Source: the human T2T-CHM13v2.0 reference genome, Homo sapiens. From it: 64,000 nt of DNA. Below the pieces are notes generated by a model. The model was not told the DNA's origin. It saw only the letters and a program-made list of their open reading frames with translations, and did no database searches. Location: assembly GCF_009914755.1 (NCBI RefSeq), contig NC_060930.1; one strand, written 5' to 3'. The position numbers were made by a program, and so were the translations under genes. Shown piece after piece: positions 61,271 through 64,000 of this stretch. Position 1 is the stretch's first letter; every line of letters begins with the position of its first letter.

Positions 61271-62567
61271 CACCCAGTGGAGATGATGACAGCGACAGGG
61301 GAGATCCCTGTCCTCATGGCCCCTGCCGTCTTGCAGAAGAGGGAGAAAATAGACAAGGCCACAAGTAATGTCATAGTAGGTACTGATAAGTGCTGTCACA
61401 AAAACTAAGGCAGGGCAGCGGAGAGAGAGAGAATCTGTTTTAGATAGTGTGGTCCCAGGGGGGCCCCTATGGGAAGGTGAAATCTGAGCACAGGCCTGGG
61501 TGGAAGGGGGAGGGAGCTACAGGAACATTTGGAGGGACTCCTCCAGGCAGGTGGTGCACAAGCATTGAGATGGGAGCAAGAAGTTCAAGGAAATAGGGAG
61601 CGTGAGGGAGAGGAGTGCAATGGAGGGCCTCTGGGGACCTCACACTGGCTTCAGGTTTTATGTTAGGGTGTCACGAAGCAAGAGCCTTGAAGGGGTTGAA
61701 CGGGGCAGTGGCCCGATCTTTCTTTTGAAAAAGATCACTGTGGTGGTGGTGTGTGGAGAACAGACCATGTGTGGGGTGGAGTAGGGGCAGGGGCACCCGG
61801 AGGACAGGTCAGAAGGCTGCTACAGCAGCCAGTTACAGAGAACAGTGTGCAAGAATACAGACTCTCCACCTTGCCATAGGCTGTTAGTCCAAAGGCAACT
61901 TACGCCAGCTTGCAGCCAGATGGCCGGGGGAGCCACTGTGCCTTACGCCCTAACTACGGTAAAGGCTGCATGTGGATTCAGGAAGAGTCTTGACATGAAA
62001 GGGAAGTGAGTAGAAACTTCCCAGCTGCTGCTGTCTAACTGGTTCTCTGAAGGGATGAGAATGCTTTCATCCCTGAGGTGGTGACAGCAAGCTGTTCTGC
62101 AAGGTCGCCGTGTGTATTCTCCATCGGGAACGTGCAGTGGCCAGGCTGCCCTGGGGAGGGCGCCCTTGCCCTGCACATGCCACTGCTCCAGTGCGTCTGT
62201 CCTGGGAGGGGAACTCACTGGGATGTCAGATGAGGGCCAGTTTAGTATTTTTTTTTTTTTTGCAAGGGTAGTTTGAGCATTTCAAACCAAGAAGTGACAC
62301 AGACAATTAGATATAGCGGGAGAAATGATGGCACAGATTATTTACAATCCCCCTTTTCTAGGCAGTTTATACTCTGGATAATTTTACGCTAAAGATAAAA
62401 CCTGCCTGTTTTGCCAACCTCTACACAGAGTAAGTGCCAAAGAACAAAATCTTTCTGAGTTTATGCAAAGTAAGAACTCAGCTGCTTGTTCTTCTATGCT
62501 CCACTGCTAAAGGACCTCATAAAATTCAACTACTGGTGACTGGAAATGCCATTGTTCTAGAGTTTTC

Positions 62568-62582
62568 AAAATGCTGACTCAT
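62568..62582 (-). promoter_or_regulatory. Candidate ARE/MARE (CNC-sMaf) site
   Basis: Minus strand ATGAGTCAGCAtttt, a full TGA(G/C)TCAGCA consensus with an AT-rich Maf flank; motif match only. Confidence 0.35.
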
Positions 62583-63826
62583 ATAAATGCCACTCTCAAA
62601 GTATACATAAATGTGCAGATCAGTTTCTTTTCTGAGTACCTTACTATCCTCATGGCTTTAGTTAGAGATCATTTCCTAGGCCTGTCTGAGTGTGGCAGTT
62701 ACTGTATTACTAAATAGCTGTAGAACTCAAGGATGGTTAGGAGAATCCGAAATGCTATTCTAGAAAGAACTGTTACATTATGTAGGCAATATAACAAGAC
62801 CTTTAATCTTGACATAAACTGCAAATTATAGTTTCAAATATTGCTTCTTTTTTGAATTCTTTTTAGAGTCAAGCATGAAGAAGGGTCAGGGAAAGATTAT
62901 TATCTAATTTAATGTCAGCCAAGCTGGCATCTCTTGATGCTAAAGAAGCCCTTTCAAAACAGCACAGCATAACTTACAAAAATGGTAAAGAGTTTCCCCC
63001 TCCACACTTTATAAGCAAATTTCCTGCAAGTAAAAGGGAAACACGAATGGAAGCAGAAATGGAGTTTATTGCGTGATTGCTGCTAAGTCAAAGAAAAACA
63101 GTGAAAAGGGTGTTTTTTAGAGAGCAAGAAAACCCATCAGTGGACGGTGACTTTAACCTCTGACGTTCTAATTACTCTTGCGGATGTTATCAGACCACGC
63201 AGGAGATCATGCCGCTGCACATGCTCCACCCACCTCATGAGAATGAGAAAAGGAAGCACAAGTCAAGGTGATCCTTGGCACTTCCACAAAACGAAAACTA
63301 ACACACCCTCCAGGTTCCTTTATGGGGTCAGCACCCAAGCAGCTGTACTTTACACCATCTGCACCTGCAGATGCACCTCCCATGTGGCAACGTAATTCAG
63401 GTTCACCACCCACAATGGTGTCTTCAAGAAAAGGGCCACGTTCTGTTTATCCTGAATTATGATTAAAAATACTAGGAAAGGGAGAATATATTTATACTCT
63501 GAAATATATCCAAGTACACATGTGCGATACATCTTACAAAAACTTAGCTTTCAAAAAAATTAATGCAGAAGTTTCTCATACTTAAAAGTATCAGCTTTCC
63601 AGAAGGATACACTCCCTGGAAATTCCGGAAAGCTGGTATTTTAAGTTCAACTTGAATCTGAAAATATGAGAGTTCACCTTTACATGTCTGTATTAGTACA
63701 AGGAACAGAGTTTCATGATCCTGCTCTGTAAATCACCAACACCAAAAGCACGGCTGTCTAATCAAGGGGAATATGTCGAAGTTTAAAGCTCTTAATGAAA
63801 AACAGTACATCATTGAACCATCTTAC

Positions 63827-63947
63827 CTGTCGACGAATTACTCCAAGGTCTCTCTTGGCTTTATTCACTAGGGTTTGAATTTCTACAGGATCCTTTACAT
63901 TTTTATTTTCTCTGAAGGCATCTCTTATCCTCCTGACAGCATATGTT
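63827..63947 (-). CDS. LYRM4: LYRM4 (ISD11) internal coding exon 2, codons 29-69; LYR-motif protein, NFS1 partner in Fe-S biogenesis
   Basis: Reverse complement reads A ACA TAT GCT GTC AGG AGG ATA AGA GAT GCC TTC AGA GAA AAT AAA AAT GTA AAG GAT CCT GTA GAA ATT CAA ACC CTA GTG AAT AAA GCC AAG AGA GAC CTT GGA GTA ATT CGT CGA CAG = [40 protein letters not shown], which matches human ISD11 as I recall it. Flanked by a tttag acceptor and a GTAAGA donor; 121 nt, entering in phase 2 and leaving in phase 0. Confidence 0.97.
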
Positions 63948-63987
63948 CTAAATGAATTCAGAGGAAAAAAAAGAAAAGGTGTCAGTG
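63948..63987 (-). other. LYRM4: 3' splice site of LYRM4 exon 2 (branch point, polypyrimidine tract, AG)
   Basis: Minus strand: cactgAc acc ttttcttttttttcctctgaattcatttag|A. Confidence 0.9.
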
Positions 63988-64000
63988 TGTCTGAGGCTAT

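Overview
Human/primate genomic DNA, rich in Alu, L1, MIR and MaLR/ERV1 LTR repeats, with no CpG island. The only recognisable protein-coding sequence is a 121-nt minus-strand exon at 63827-63947. It encodes (R)[40 protein letters not shown], the second coding exon of LYRM4/ISD11, the accessory subunit of the NFS1 cysteine desulfurase in mitochondrial Fe-S cluster synthesis. The rest of the window is the intron downstream of that exon. Within the intron, an antisense Alu (33928-34224) provides a phase-compatible alternative terminal exon with its own AATAAA, giving a 130-aa LYRM4 isoform with an Alu-derived C-terminus. I recall a similar isoform being annotated, so it is probably not new. Other notable structures: three complex templated-insertion or fold-back scars (7720-7795, 46886-46940, 56589-56635), an 18-bp minisatellite with higher-order structure born inside a MIR (36474-36684), an old L1 with a twin-priming-type 5' inversion, inverted Alu pairs, and candidate ARE/AP-1 and CTCF motifs. 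Nearly all ORFs in the supplied track are repeat-derived or chance frames. I see no evidence of a new multi-gene system. Repeat subfamily calls were made by eye and their boundaries are approximate.
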